A DNA stretch of 64,000 nucleotides from Promethearchaeota archaeon (GTDB lineage: Archaea > Asgardarchaeota > Lokiarchaeia > Sigyniarchaeales > SOKP01), in NCBI GenBank assembly GCA_030603385.1, contig JAUVXW010000011.1, positions 29,564 through 93,563 of the forward strand. Reading direction: 5' to 3'. Under the pieces are notes generated by a model that saw only the letters and a list, made by a program, of their open reading frames with translations, was not told the origin of the DNA and did no database searches. The translations under genes were made by a program, and so were the position numbers. This document shows positions 1 through 15,000 of the stretch, one piece after another. Position 1 is the stretch's first letter, and each line of letters opens with the position of its first letter.

Positions 1-3000
1 AATCATAATCTTGGACAAATTCACAATTTACCCAATAATCAACCATTATTTTATTCTGGTAATCGGTATAAGAGCTTAAATCACCAATAGGTCTAAAAGA
101 TAGAATATAAGCTGTTCCATTCTCATCAAATTCTAAAGCAAAATCTAAAGGAAATTCAAGAGTCTGCTCAGATGGGGTAAATGCACCACTATAACCCGTT
201 TGAACTTCACAATAATCATCCATGTATTTTCCTATTGGAAAGCCTTGTACCGATAATGCATAATGATATGGTAATCCTACTGTCCTAATCTCATCGACTT
301 CAAAATCCTCTGGGAGTTGTAAACCAAAATAAATATTTCCTTCATAATTGGGGAATATATCATTCATTACTGAAGAACTATTTGTATCTACATCTAAATC
401 GAAAATCTGATGATAGAATGCCCTTCCACTTGCAGTAATTCTGTCTGTCGTTAAGAATTGGTAGACAAAATTATATGTATCTTCCCATGAAGTGGATTTA
501 TAATTATTTATATTAGATCTATAATCTGGTATAAAATCTCCTTCATAATCCATAAAAATAGATGATGTATATTGTTTTTCACCATCAATTTGCGTACCAG
601 AACCATAATATAAATCGAGAAAACCGTCTTGATATAATGGCTCTTCGATATTATAAGTATCAATGAACATACCCAAGTTGGGAATCATATAGAAATTGGT
701 GTCATTAACAAGAAGAGTCTCTGAAGTACCTAAGAAACCAAATTCATAATCCTCTCCATCCGAATTTACTGAAACAAGTGTCGCGTTAGGTAAGCCTTGA
801 AGCCCTATTGTGACTTCACTCCCATCAATTAGTTCAAAGGGGGAATCTCCATATGGGGTTCCATCAATAAAGGGCTGAGAAAATACTTGATAATAGTGGG
901 GCGTGTTAATTGCTGATTTGGTCAGGAATTTTCCTTGTCTATTTAAAGGTGCCCTATCATAATTTTCGACAATATGTTCGTCTGCTACATAATCAAACGA
1001 TTCTAAAATAATATAAGGAATATAATTAGAACTATCTCCTTCATGATGTAAAATAACTTCGATATCAACAGTATCGGCCCCAACCATATCATAAATTGCT
1101 TGAAGATCTTTATAATATTGAATTGAATATATATTATTTACAATATCAGGTGATAAATCAGAATAGTCTAACGGAATGACAATAGGATCTGAATAAAATT
1201 CATAAAATCCATCATTTGTAATATATTTAAACTCGATTGTGAGGTTATTAAAATCGTTATCAAATGTATCTATTAGGTCTAAAACAGTATGATCGAGTGT
1301 AAAATTTAAATTAATTTCAGGGGCATATAGCAAAGGCACATTAAACAATTTAAGAGATGTCGTATCGTTCGAATTATCTAAAGATATATATAATGAAAGA
1401 TCATCAAGATCACACGAAAATAACTCATTATCTGAACCGTCTATTATCTTCGAAGAAGAACTATCATTATACATCAGTCTGACAGAATCACTATATGATC
1501 TATTTATTTTCTGGAATCCATAGCTGAGAGTATATTGCGATTTTACTCCATAAATTACATTAAATTCTGTACCTGGTGCCTGACTAAACAATATTTTCAA
1601 GTGGTTATTATCAAGATTCTTATCAATTGGGTTATTATCATTAAGCTTTTCTAATTCCTCCTCATTATAGATAATAAAATCTGATAATGTGGCACTTAGT
1701 TTACCATAAGGCATTATGTAATCAGCGGTAGCCCCATCGCAAGACTCAATAAATCGTGTATACATAGGAGAATAAGAACTATTGCTTGCTGGTAAAAATC
1801 CTTGTGGTAATCGTAGCTCAATGGAACTTTCATTATATGTTTTGAGTTGTCCCAAATATCCTAGAGTAACATTGCCAAAAATTTTGCCTGTAAAATCAAA
1901 CTTTAGCTTATAGGCAATTGAAAATTCAGAACCCGAATCAGGTAATTTGCTTCCTATGAAACGAATGATTGAATCATTATGTAAACTACCAGAAGGATTA
2001 TAAGGCATAATCCAGTCGATATCCTGAACGAATTCATATTCATCTCCGTCTTTTCTACCCTTTATCCTTAAAGCGTCTATTTCCACTAAGGCTAGAAGAG
2101 ATAGTAACTCGCTATCAGCATCTATTCCATAATCTAAAGTCTCATTGCTAAATAATAATGCGATTTCTTGACCATATATCTGACCATTTTCTGTTCCTCC
2201 CAAATACAATATGCCTGTCTCTTCTTCGACTAACCCTTCTTTGTCTACTGTAATAATATCATTAAAATAAACCCCGTCATCATATATTGACCAAGTAGTA
2301 TTAGGAGTACTACTAGAAGGATTAGCTTCTAAGCGTAGATCTAATAAGTATATCTCAACATTTCTTAAGTCTTCATAGATCTCGTCTTTGTTGAAATTAA
2401 TGTTAAATGATAAATTCAAATCGCATTGTAATCCCATTAAAAACGCATTTTCAGGCCCAAGACCAGTTTTAAAAGTCAAAATCCCATCATGATTACCAGG
2501 ACGAAGCATGATGTTATTTTCTAATGGAAATGTGCTGGTGGTTCCATCATCATTATAAATTGTGCAATCTAAATTGATTTCAATATAATCTTGAATGGAG
2601 CGCTCAATCTCATCACTGGTACCCATGAAATCGGGCTCAACCCATATTGAACCAATAAGATGTGGGTAATTGGACTCAAATGGCATTTCTACTTCGTTAT
2701 CATATGCAGTACCCCACGCAGATATAAAAGGATTAATAAGATCGATTTGAGTGTTCTTTTCCCCAAATTTTATCCAATTAGGCGGACGAATTTCTAAGGG
2801 AACGATAACTACAGGAGATTTCTTATAATATTCAGATTCTGCCACATAAACTTTTATTGTAGAAATACCAGGTCCTAAAGCTGTAAGTAGAATTTCTAGT
2901 TGATCATAATCATTAGTAATTTCAATAAAGCCACTATCATATCCTTCTTGAATCTCCATATACTTAGTCTCGACTAAAGTACCTGAAGGTGTATAAAATT

Positions 3001-6000
3001 CAATAATGGCATGATATCTATAATCATCAGATAAAATATCGCCAGATTGAGCTTCCAGTTCTGAGCTTGAATAAACCTTTATAAGAGATTCAAGGGTGGT
3101 CGACGTTGTTGATGGAATAGGATCTGCCTCATTTACGTATAGATGAAGTGTTAAGGGATCATAATCGTCTCCAAGGTCAGAATCAGGTAAATTATAGGAT
3201 AAGTAATCATGTACTCCTAATATGATATCTCCTTTATGAAGCCTAATTAAACCTTCTACATATGTACTATCTTGAATAGCTAAATCATCGAAATTATAGT
3301 TGGGAAGCTTAGTACTACCATCAAACACATTCTCATCTGTGGAGCAGAGATATTGATCGGGAGTATCTATGGCAAAATCATCCCAATCAAAGTAAGTACT
3401 AAAAGCTCTTATATATAATATCATATCTTCAATGGAGTTAATTCCCTCCAAATTTCCAAATATATCGACAAAATCCTCAAGATAATCGCTGTTGAAAGAC
3501 ATATCGAAGTCTACCTCTCCAAACTCATCGGTTCTTCCAAAGATAAACATGTAAGGTCCGTATGCACTATAACCCGTGCTATAATTATTGAGTTCATAAA
3601 GAAGAGGTCTGCCGAACATTTTACTTGGACCTTCACCGGGACCGCGTGATGTGATTTCTTCTGTTCCTAGTGATTCGAAATATGGAGATATTCCTAGATC
3701 ATCTATAACGGTTCTTGTGTTCAAGAACTCTGTCTTGCTCTTTGGCATAAATCCAATATGAAGCCATACTATCGAATTGTTTATCGGCTTATCTTTAAAA
3801 TCAGTCAATTTAAAGGTGAACGTATAATTTTCTCTTACGAGAGCATCGATAGAGACTTTAGTGTATTCTTCTCCATTTTCTAATGCTTCAGCGGGGTTGT
3901 AATTAAAGACATATTCACGTTCTTCGTAAAATCTCTGATTAATAAGGATATTCTGAGAAGGATCCTCGATCATTTCAAGTTTGACTTTTTTAGGAATTGT
4001 TATAACAGTAAATGGTTTTGCCCATGCATTACTTTCTTTATATGGATAAATCTTGCCAAAATCAGAGCCATTATAATCAATATCCATTAGTTGGCCTGCA
4101 GATTTGTTAAAGATGTTGGAAGGTAAATATTTAAGACACATATGAACTAACTTCTTTCCTCCACCTAACGGAATAGAAAGGGTTCCATCTTCTCTTAGAG
4201 GTTGGTCGTATTCAAAAAGACCAATGCTATCAATTGGTACCGTATCAATTGGAATATCGTTGCCTTCAGAGTCTTGCAATGTTAAGAGTAAATTCTGAGA
4301 AAGATCAATTTTTCTTGCTAAGGAAGTGTGATAATTAATTTCAAACCTATCATAAAGGGAGAAGTTCCCACTTTTTAAGATGGTATTATATAAATCTTTA
4401 AAGTAGATTCTATATCCGTCTGCTGAAATAATATAATCAGTTCCTAGCTCAAAGTTATACTTAAATCCTGTACTATTTTCTACTTGAATATAATTAACCG
4501 AAGACACAAGACTATTAATTGAATGAATAATAGGGGTAGGGTTCACACTATAATATATAACCCTAAACACATCTCCAGAAGAGTATGGAAGGTCTGCTAT
4601 GCTTAATTCTCCATTTACATTAATTGACCAATCATATTGACTATCATCTAATAACTCAAATATATCAGAATTGCTCCAGTTCACATAAATACCTTCAAAA
4701 GCGATGACACCGGTCTGAATGAGCTGTCCATCATAATATTCTGCCCCTTGTAAGACTGCTCCGGTACTTTCCACATCTTCATAAAGTAATTTCTTATCTA
4801 TTGAAAACTCCTCAATAAAATCATCTTCTGTTACCCAACTACGATTTAACATATCATATCGAGCAAATGGAATCTCGACTAGATAATCTCTATTATCATT
4901 TCCGTATGAATCTAGCGAACTGAAAGATATTGGAGCAATTGGTCTTCCGTTAAGTACCTTATATGAGATTAATAATTCGGTATCGTAATTGATGAAAGCC
5001 TGTGATTGTGAATCCCAATAGATATTCAAGAGAAACGCATTATCTATGTAGCTAATGTATGGATCTTTATTGAAATCTAAAATTGTCTTATTTTTGAAAT
5101 ATTTTCCATTTAAGGTGCTATAAAGAGGTAAAATCTCTAAAGTGTCATTGTCATTATCGATATTGCTCACATAATAAATTGCAAATTCTTCTTTATCAAT
5201 AAAAGTATCATCATTAAACGGAGATTCAAAATCAAGATGATGTACAGTCGTTCCGTCAAGTGCTTCTTGGTACCGATATGTGTATACTCTATCTTCAACA
5301 ATATATTCGTCATTATCAAGTACAGCTCCTTTAAGCATCAATGAGTCGCCATATTCTAACTCATAAGTAGTTTCCTGGAGGTAAATCGGACCACTTGCAA
5401 AAAGAGATTCTTGGGTAACATTTATCTTACATCTAATATCATTCAAGGGATCTATTTGCCCGTCCCCTTCATTATATAACCACTTTACTTGATCTTCTGT
5501 TAATGCACTATCATACATTCTTACGCCATCAATTTTGCCTTGGTAATCGTACGCATAACCTTGACCTATGTAAGCCGAAAGACTACTCGTGGTTGCAGCA
5601 GAATATAACGCATCGACTTCATTTGTTAACTCTCCATCGATGTACCAATATAATCTCATATTTTCTAAATTTCTTACCACGCAAATAAAAGACCAATCAT
5701 TTAATGGGATTGTTTGACTGGAACCAAATCCTTGATATGGTTGAGCATTGACTCCCGCAGTTCCGTAGTAATAAGAGAGAGTGCCTGACATCTCTTGTGT
5801 AATAGTACCTTCTCCCCCGTACGCTTTTGCATAAGGATTCCGCCTTTGTGAAAAGTCTTCTGGATATAACCACATACAAATAGTCTGGCTTCCAGTGATC
5901 TGCAACTCTTCAGGATTTCCAAGATTATAATAATCTCCGCTTCCATCGAATCGCACAGCTTTTCCTACCTTTCCATCAACTAATTGTGGATTACCAGATA

Positions 6001-9000
6001 CAATTCCATGATTCCTATTCACCACATCATAGGCTTTTCCTTCATCTCCTAAATTCCACATTCCAACTTCCTTAAAATCACCAAAATGAATATTATGGAT
6101 TGGAGTACCAAAAGAACCAAAGGTAATATCAAAGTCACCTAACAGTTTCGGAACTTCAAATCGAGAATAATAATATTTTGAGTAATAACCAGACAAAGAG
6201 TCTTTATCATGTTTTGTAATCCATGAAGCAACGTCAAATGAGAGTATTTCTCCTGAACTGGCATTGATTAAATTTACGGGTATTTTAATTAGATCATTTA
6301 AGATAACTGGACTTAAACTATCATTCCATCTGTAGTTTAATTCGATAAAGTCAGAATATTCAACTTCGGCATAGGGATATCTATTATCGCCAATATCATA
6401 GTTCAAGTCATGAGAAAAACCAATGGCATCAAAATAAATCTTATATCCGGAGTTATAATCCCTCGTGTATAGCCGAATTCTATCAATACCCTCTGTAGAA
6501 GGATTAAGATAAGCGATGTCACTCACTTCTAATATGCCATTCACATATACATCGTAAGTATTCGCTGTGTCATCAAAGTCTATTCGTATATGATATAAAG
6601 TGTCCTGATTAAAACTAGAAATGGTGATATCAGTGGAACCATTATAATACCGAAAAGCAGGGCCCGTAAGCATTAAAAAAGCAAGATTAGTCCCATCATC
6701 ATCAATGTATATGTAAGCGTTTCTATAAGTATAGTCTGGATTCCAGGAACTTCCTAACCAAAATTCGATTGTATTATCTAAGGAACTCGAAAATTGTTGA
6801 AAAATGTAAGTTCTTCCAGTATCACTTTGATCGTTCATTTGTAATACGTCTTTATGCCCGTCTAGCTCTGAAATAATGGATACAGAACAATCTTCAGCAG
6901 CGTAATAAGTATCTACAAAGTCAATATCGGCTCCTGTCTCTCCAAGTTCATCCTCAAAACTATAGGTCGCATAATACTCTCCAGCAATCTCTGTCCCATC
7001 GTTATACATTTTCAAATTAGTGAATTCAATATCAAGTCTTGTAATATTAAAGGGTGCTTGAGCAAAGAGATCATAATAATCTGGTGATATGAACATAACC
7101 GTAGATTGGACATGACCGTTCTCATCTGGGGTGATATCATCGCTTATTAGATTGTACAATGTGAAATCTAAGATCCCTACTCTTTGATAGGGTAAGTTTA
7201 ATACGGAATATTCTCCAACTTCTTGTAGGAATGAGCCCGGCCATAGTTCTGAATCTGAGATGGTTATTGTTATTGATTCTAATAAAGATAAGTCAAATGG
7301 GGTTCCTGGATTTGAAAATGCCAATTCGTTTAAGTCAATATATAAAGGTATTGACATCATCTTGCCAAGACCGAAAATCTCAATTTCATATTGATCTCTT
7401 ATGCTTTCTAAGAAATATTTGCGTAGATCAATATCCCAATATACTTTTGAAAATGTTTTTCCTGTAAAATCATGGAAGCTAACTGTAAGCTTTCCTATTG
7501 TGGTATGTTCATAATATATGGCAGGCATTGTAAAGTTAATGAAAAATCCGTCAGCATTGGATAATTGCAACTGATCATAGAAAGGTGAAGCGTCATAATT
7601 GAAATAAATTAGACTGTCCTTAACTTTAGATGGGTTATTATATAGGTCATGTAAACGCGAACCTTCTGGGAATGTTACGACACCATTGTTATCAACAACG
7701 AAATCAATCATTAAGGCAAGGTATATGATTTCATTGTCTCCTGAAGATGTATTATAATAGAAAGCTTCTCTTATACGGGCGTAATTCTGTAGCATATATC
7801 CTCTGTCATAAATATGCTCAATCTCTAACGTGCAATTAGTATTATATGTTAACGGATTAGTTATTACAATATCTCCATCAACAAGCACATGTTTCACTAC
7901 ACCGAAGAAATCTGAATCTCTTACTTCCCAAGATACATGGTTTATTGGATTTGTATTGGAATAAATATAATTAGAGGTTAAAGAATCAGAGTACGCTATG
8001 AGTGTCTCATAAGAATTCTCACTTCCAAATGAAAGTCTATAAAATCCATTTTCTAAATAGGCAGTACCGTATTTAAAACCGTTAATATAGGCATCTAAAT
8101 AATCCAAGTGATTGAACTGATTGTTGTCTGCAAATGATATCTCGCGATCAATTGTATCTAAAGAATTTAGATCAATACTATCATTTGTTAATGATATAAA
8201 TTTTTCTCTGGAAAAAATAATGTGTTGATAATTATCGTTATAGGTTGAGTTTATGCATTCGTTTCCGGCAAAATCTATAACCTTATATTCAATCGTAAAG
8301 TTTTCAGGGAGATCGCCTAAATCATCAAGTATCGAAATATCACTTGAGTCAAATTTAACCCACTCTGAAACTGATCCCATAGTATTGTCGATAATTCTAT
8401 AATATTCTTGGATTTGTTTTAAACTCGTAGTACAGCTTAAAGTCACATAATTTACAGTTAATTCTGAACTATTACCTATTAGTACATATTCGACTGCAAA
8501 ATCTTGGAAGGTGTTTAACTTATTATCCCTCATATATTGAGTGATATTAAAGCTATAGACATCGGTTTCGGCGGAATTTAACGCATATAGTAAGGCGGTA
8601 TCATGCCATACTCCATCGGCTTTTATTTTAAATATTATCTCTAATTTGTTAGCTCTTCCATAAGTATTGTAATATGTTAGTTCATCGAGAGTTGGGTTAA
8701 ATGAATATGAGGTATATAGTAAATAATCCATATTAAGAAAATTCCTTAAATTGAGCAACTCATCTTCTTCTGGGAAATCAATTTCGAAATCTTGTTGGAG
8801 CAGAATCTGATCGCTGGAGTCTAGACATTTAAAGGTATAAGTATACTTCATATTATCTAATTCAAGTAAGCCATTTGAAATATTGAACATAAGATCAAAA
8901 CCGTTCTTAGACGTGGAGTCAAATTCAATCGTATCTGAAAATATATGCCACGAGCCATCCTTAGTCAATGTATAATCGTTCCCGTCAATAGTGAACTGAG

Positions 9001-12000
9001 CAAAATCGTCTAAGAGTGAGTTGTCTTTGGTGAAGCGATAATTAAATTCAACTGAAATATTATAGAGTTTTTTATAATTAGAAAATCCAGAATCATAACG
9101 GTTTAGAAAGGTCTCACTTATAGTTTTACTAATGTCTGCATAAAGATCTCCTGTAGGGGACCAAGAAAAATAATCGATCTTAAATTGATCCAAATAGAAA
9201 TCAAATTGATTTAGTATTGAAGAACCTTCAAACTTAAATTGTAAATTATAACTTGCATCATAATAATCGCTTGTGATATCATAAGTATGTTGACTAAAAG
9301 AGCTATATACTGTATCATCAATTACAGTATTCCAATTTGATTGGGCGTGGTTGTAAATACTTAGTGTTACAGGAACACTCTCAGCATTTTTATAGGAATA
9401 TTTTAATTGAGCTACTACACTATCGCCAGACTCAACACCGGTAAGTTCGGCGTTAACAGTAAAGCTAAGTTCTCCATATGGCACCGATTCCTTAGCACCT
9501 TTGGTATAAGAATTAGATGGATTGACTTGATTTTGATAATTGGACCATAACCAACTATCACTTCGTGCGACTTTTGAAATGCGAACTTCATCCATATATC
9601 CACTAAAATACTGATGAGAATAATACCTGTCTCCAACTCTTAGTTCGTAGCTTGAAGAAACGTCTACATTATCAACACCTGTATCTGTACCCGAAATAGC
9701 TTCAGATACCTTCACTTTTAGATTATCACCACTACGACGACCATAAACATGATACCACACATCATTATCAAAAGTTCCGGTAGCATAGGCTACATAGCTA
9801 CCACTATCTCGTAAAATTAGCCTTATATCGTGATTTGCATTTTTATCTAATGACCACCCCAAATTAGCACTGCTACTGGTCTTTGAAACCAAGGCCTCGA
9901 AAGCGGTCTTTGATGTCTTAAACCAACAACTTACCGTAAAATCTCCTGTTCCAAAATCAAAATCAGAGTCGTCGGCACGATATAGATAATCATTAGTTCC
10001 GTCAAAATATACTCCATCACTATCTCTGCCGAGAAAGCCTGTTACATCAAGATTAGGTCCTACTACAGTTAGGTCGTTATCAAAATCAGAAGAATCATCA
10101 ATAGTAGCCCCGGAACTCTCTTCAAAATGCTCAACTAATACATAATTTGAATCCCAGACACCTTCTATATTTTGCTGATTGCCACACGTTGGATTTCCGT
10201 AATATATATAAATCGTAGTTCCTGTGCTCGGCAATGTAGGAATTCTAATCCATGCACGTATATGACCACTGCCACCACCGGCATAGTGTTCCATTTCATG
10301 ATCCAGTTTCGTAATTCCGTTGCTGGCTGTAAATAAAATGTCATCGCCATCAAATTGAGCATAAATAGTAATTCCCGTATCCCACACGCTGAAGTAAAAT
10401 GGAAAGTTGGTAAAAGTACTCGAGATCCAGTCACTCTTTAATGTGATTGCCTTTCTGTAAGCCCAACCTGAGTTATACCATGAGGGTACACTCGTGGATC
10501 TAAAAGTTGAGTAAGTATCTCCATAGTCTGCCAAGTTTCCTTGAGACTGAAGTGTGCCTTTGGAGAAGCTAAAGTCTGCGGGTTGCTCAGGGACGTCATA
10601 ATTAGCGCCTAATATCTCTGAATTTAAATCCCCGTCATTAAAAGTGGAATAGGTATCATCTGAATTATAATTTAAGCTCCATCCACCCCATGCTTCGGAA
10701 CTTGATGTTGTTGGGAATAATGATTGCATATAGAGAGCGTCCATATTCCAGATACTGCTATAATCGTCAGGAGAAGGGGTGTAACTCATATACTGTGAAT
10801 CGTAAGATGTAAATGGGTCCTCGTACGAATAAGGTTGAGAAATGGAGCTTTCTTCTTGTTCGCCTGAATTAAAATCAATAGAAGTTTCTGGACCGGCTAC
10901 TTGATCATTTTGATAATTCTCAGTGCCGTTCTCAAGTGTGATCTCTGGAGTGGGATCATCAAAATCGGCAATTAGAATGTATTTATATTGACCGTTATTT
11001 CCGAGTATATCAGTGATATTGAACATAATTTTTATTCCTTCACCTGAACTTGCCCCAGTATCCCCTGCTGCATTAGTCCAAATAAAATCAAACTTACATC
11101 TATTGTCTTCATCTTGTGTCATATCTCCTTTCTTCTGATAATCATTCCCATCGTGGTAGTAAACTTCAATTAATTTCACATCTGAATCAGATATGAAAGT
11201 TAAGCGTGTTGTATTAGTAATATAATCAGTAGGAGATGTGATGAATCCATAAGGGATCAGAAACTTTAGAATTGCGTCTGTATATTCGCGATCAATTACA
11301 ATGTTTTTAGAACCTTCAGTAAAGTTATAAAGTAACTCTTGTCTTACCATTAGTCTTTGTTTTGTGGCAGAGTTTCTCAAGAAGCCACCTAAAATACCTA
11401 TATCTGTTTCTTCATCATTCTCTAAGACTTCAATGCTGCCATCGGTTTCATAATAATTCGGAGCGAAAATCTCAGCAAGATCATATGCAATATTTACTTT
11501 TTGGGCCGAAATTCGAGTGGTCTCATAGGAAGTATAGGCTGCTGTAAGGTCGTATTTGAATAAGTTTAATGTAGACAAGACTTCAAGCTTGGAGTTGCTA
11601 CCCAAATTCATCTCAAGAATACAATTCCAATCATATTCTAATTTTGCCCTGATGAAATATTTTTCATTTTCAATGTCATGATATATGAACCGATCAATTT
11701 GTTCACGAGAAAGGGTAATTTCATCGTTTTCTAAAGAAAATTCTTCAAAATCTAAATATTCATTTCTGATATAAACATTATAATTCTCTTCAAGAAGCAT
11801 ATATTGGGAGAATATAAAAGAATCATCAAATTCAAGCTCGCCAAAATAATCTAAACTGAGTGTAATTTCTTCTAAATAAATATCGGAATCGGTATAATAT
11901 TCAGTAAGGTCAACATCAAATATAACTTCAGGAGTTACTTTTGCCTCTGTCTTAGGAGTATCATAATACATATTTGCCGCAATTGATGTAATTGAAAATC

Positions 12001-15000
12001 CTGCCTTAGATAAAAAGCTCTCATCGTTATCACCTTCTATTGTGAAGATAGCTTTTATCTCAAAATCTCCGGTTTCGGTTTCATTAAAGTAATTCTCGAA
12101 CATAAGGAAATTTCTATCTACAATATAAGAAAATGTATTCGTGCCCGTATAATCATCATAGCACACAAAGCTACTCTCATCCCATCTATTTTCTCTATAA
12201 TTATAAAGATAAATTTTTAATAACGAGGAGCTCTTAGTCTCGTCACTAAACACTAGCCTTCCAGAATTGAGGTCGATATTTTCAAATTGAAATCCAGGTA
12301 TTTCGGAATATTGAATAATTAGTTCCATAAATTTAGTAATGTTCTTGACATAATCATATTGAAACGTTAAAGTTACAGGACTTAACGATGATATCATACC
12401 CTCATGCCATTCGAACGCATAATATATAATATTTGCAATAAGATATCCATTATAGCCTTTATATGGACCAATTAGCGTTATTACTTTCTGATCCTGATCA
12501 AAAGAATAATCAATGTGTTCTCGCAAGATTTCAGCTCCCGCATAAAGGCTATAAATCTCAAAATTATACTTGTATTCTAAATCACTTGACTCAAATATGT
12601 AGCTTGTTATATCTACTTGAGTTAAAATGATACCATTCTGGGCAATTGTGAAATAAGGGCCTTCAATCGATTCTTCATTATAAAGATATACAGAATCTTG
12701 GGATTCCATTTCAATATTCGCATATAGAAGTTCATGAGCGAACATCCCTTTGAAGAGATTACCGTCTACCGAACACTCGCTAATCATAACTTCTAGTGTG
12801 ATATATAAATCGGAAGAAGCATCTCGAGTGAATGTTTCTGCTAAAACTGCTTCTCCACCCTCTACATAATCAATCTCATCAAAGCTAAGTTCAAGTTCAT
12901 AATAATGAAATCCTAAGTAATTTGTATCTAATACTTTTTCTAACGTTCCAATAGAACTTAGTTCATTCCTACCCATATCTAATTCATATAAGCTTACTTT
13001 GAGAACATAATCCCCGCATAATACTTGAGATAATTCGGAGTGTATGACGTCTTTAAAACCTGTATTAAATTCTAAATGAAGTGTACCACCAACAAAATCA
13101 GAAGGGTTGGGTAATATATTATTTCTAAGTAAAGTCTCGTCCTTTAAAGAAAATCTATATAAGCTAGTATCATCAACTTTTCCAAAATGTATTGTGCCTT
13201 TCACTATTGAATCTAGGTGAGTGGCATTTGTGAAATCTACAAACATACCATAGTCATTAGAACCAATAGTATACCATACGTTTACATCCGGATGAATATA
13301 GGTCCCATAATGAGTATTATTTACCCATAAATCACTTACAAAGAAAGGTTTGGTGTAGTTAATGTCTCCTGAAACGAAACTTCCTGGTAAATACCAGTAT
13401 CCATCACTTGAATTATAGGTCAGTATTAATTGTGGTATATATTCAATCGAAACATTTGTAAATTGATACTTCATAGGAGAATTAAACGCAAGTTCATTGT
13501 CTTGAGTTGTCCAATAATAATAGATTGGATATTCATATACTACAGAATCTTCAGAAAGAATCCCTTTTACTGCCAAAATCTCTCCTAAGTTATCTATCAA
13601 GCTTAGATTGGCTCTAAAATTTTCATCAAGCTCAAGATTTGCCGTTAAAGAAGCTTCAGGATACATTACTTGCCGACTTTCTCCGATAAATACACAATCG
13701 ATAACGTCAACAGTCTGAGAGATTTCAATGGGTATCTCGGGGTTCATTCTTTCATATACGAAATTATTAGAGTCAGGATCAATTGAGATGTTGCTTGGAA
13801 TAATATAAGATAGGAAGGCTAATTTCATTACTCCGTCTTTAATAGTGTTGTTGTTAAGATTATTGATCGTGAATGGATTTTTCACATTAATATCGTTATC
13901 ATTTAGAATTGGAATGATATTATTCGAAACTCTAAAATCTTGTAAATAATCAATAAAGTTATCTGAAAAAGTTACGGGATCCCACACAGCACGGTTATAA
14001 TCTTGGCTTTCTATCCGTATCATGCCTTTAAAATCTTCCCAATATCCTGAAGTGTAGTTATAATACAATAGCCGAGATCGAAGACTCCATGTTGAATCAG
14101 AAGCTCTGTTATCTAAATCAATATCAAGTTCTAAGGCAAGCTCTAAAATTCCTCTCTCATACATAGCAAGATCGATCTGTCCGAAATCCAATTGTATGGG
14201 AGTTAGAAGAGGTATCTGTATATCGTCTGAGGCACTGTGGCGGAACCTGCTTGTAGAATATTCTGTATAATTACCTAAAATAGCGGGAACATATTTAGTC
14301 TCATTGTTCCCTTCAATATTATTATTTTCTAATGGCTTATTGGTATCTGGGTACACCTTAAAGTCAAGCTCAAGATCCGAAAGCTCAAGATCTGCCCAAA
14401 TTATATCATTTTCACGACCAAAAATTGGAGTCTGGATGGAATTTTTAAGTGTAAAATGAATACTATTTTTACCAAAATACGGATCATCATACAGTCCTGA
14501 ATCAATTGGAGCTGGATTTTGCTGCTTATGAGACAATGATGAAGTTACATTTATGATTTTATCGTTTTTTAATGTGATATTTACTGGTTGATTTAACCAT
14601 TCTAAGTACAGATAATCTATTAATAATCTTCTGTCATAGGCTTCACCATCCAATCCTTGTGCATCAGCAACGACTAAAGCCATGAGTGAATCAATATTTG
14701 CGAAGAAACCACTAAATCCATTACTATCATCGTAGCTAAAAGTATGCTCTATATTATCGTTAACATAGAAGTAAGAAGTATAATAACCCCCCGTATATTC
14801 ACTCCCGTCCCATGTATCAGTCCATCCATCGAAGTTGACAATAAAATCATTTTGACCGTTCAAAAGACTGTCAAAATTGAAACCTACTTTTGCATTGTTT
14901 GGATCGTTTTGATAACCTTTCTCATCGACGTAAAGATAATCCAAGGTAACTTGTAATGAAGGATTCCCAAGATTATAACACCATACTTGAGTTACAATTT

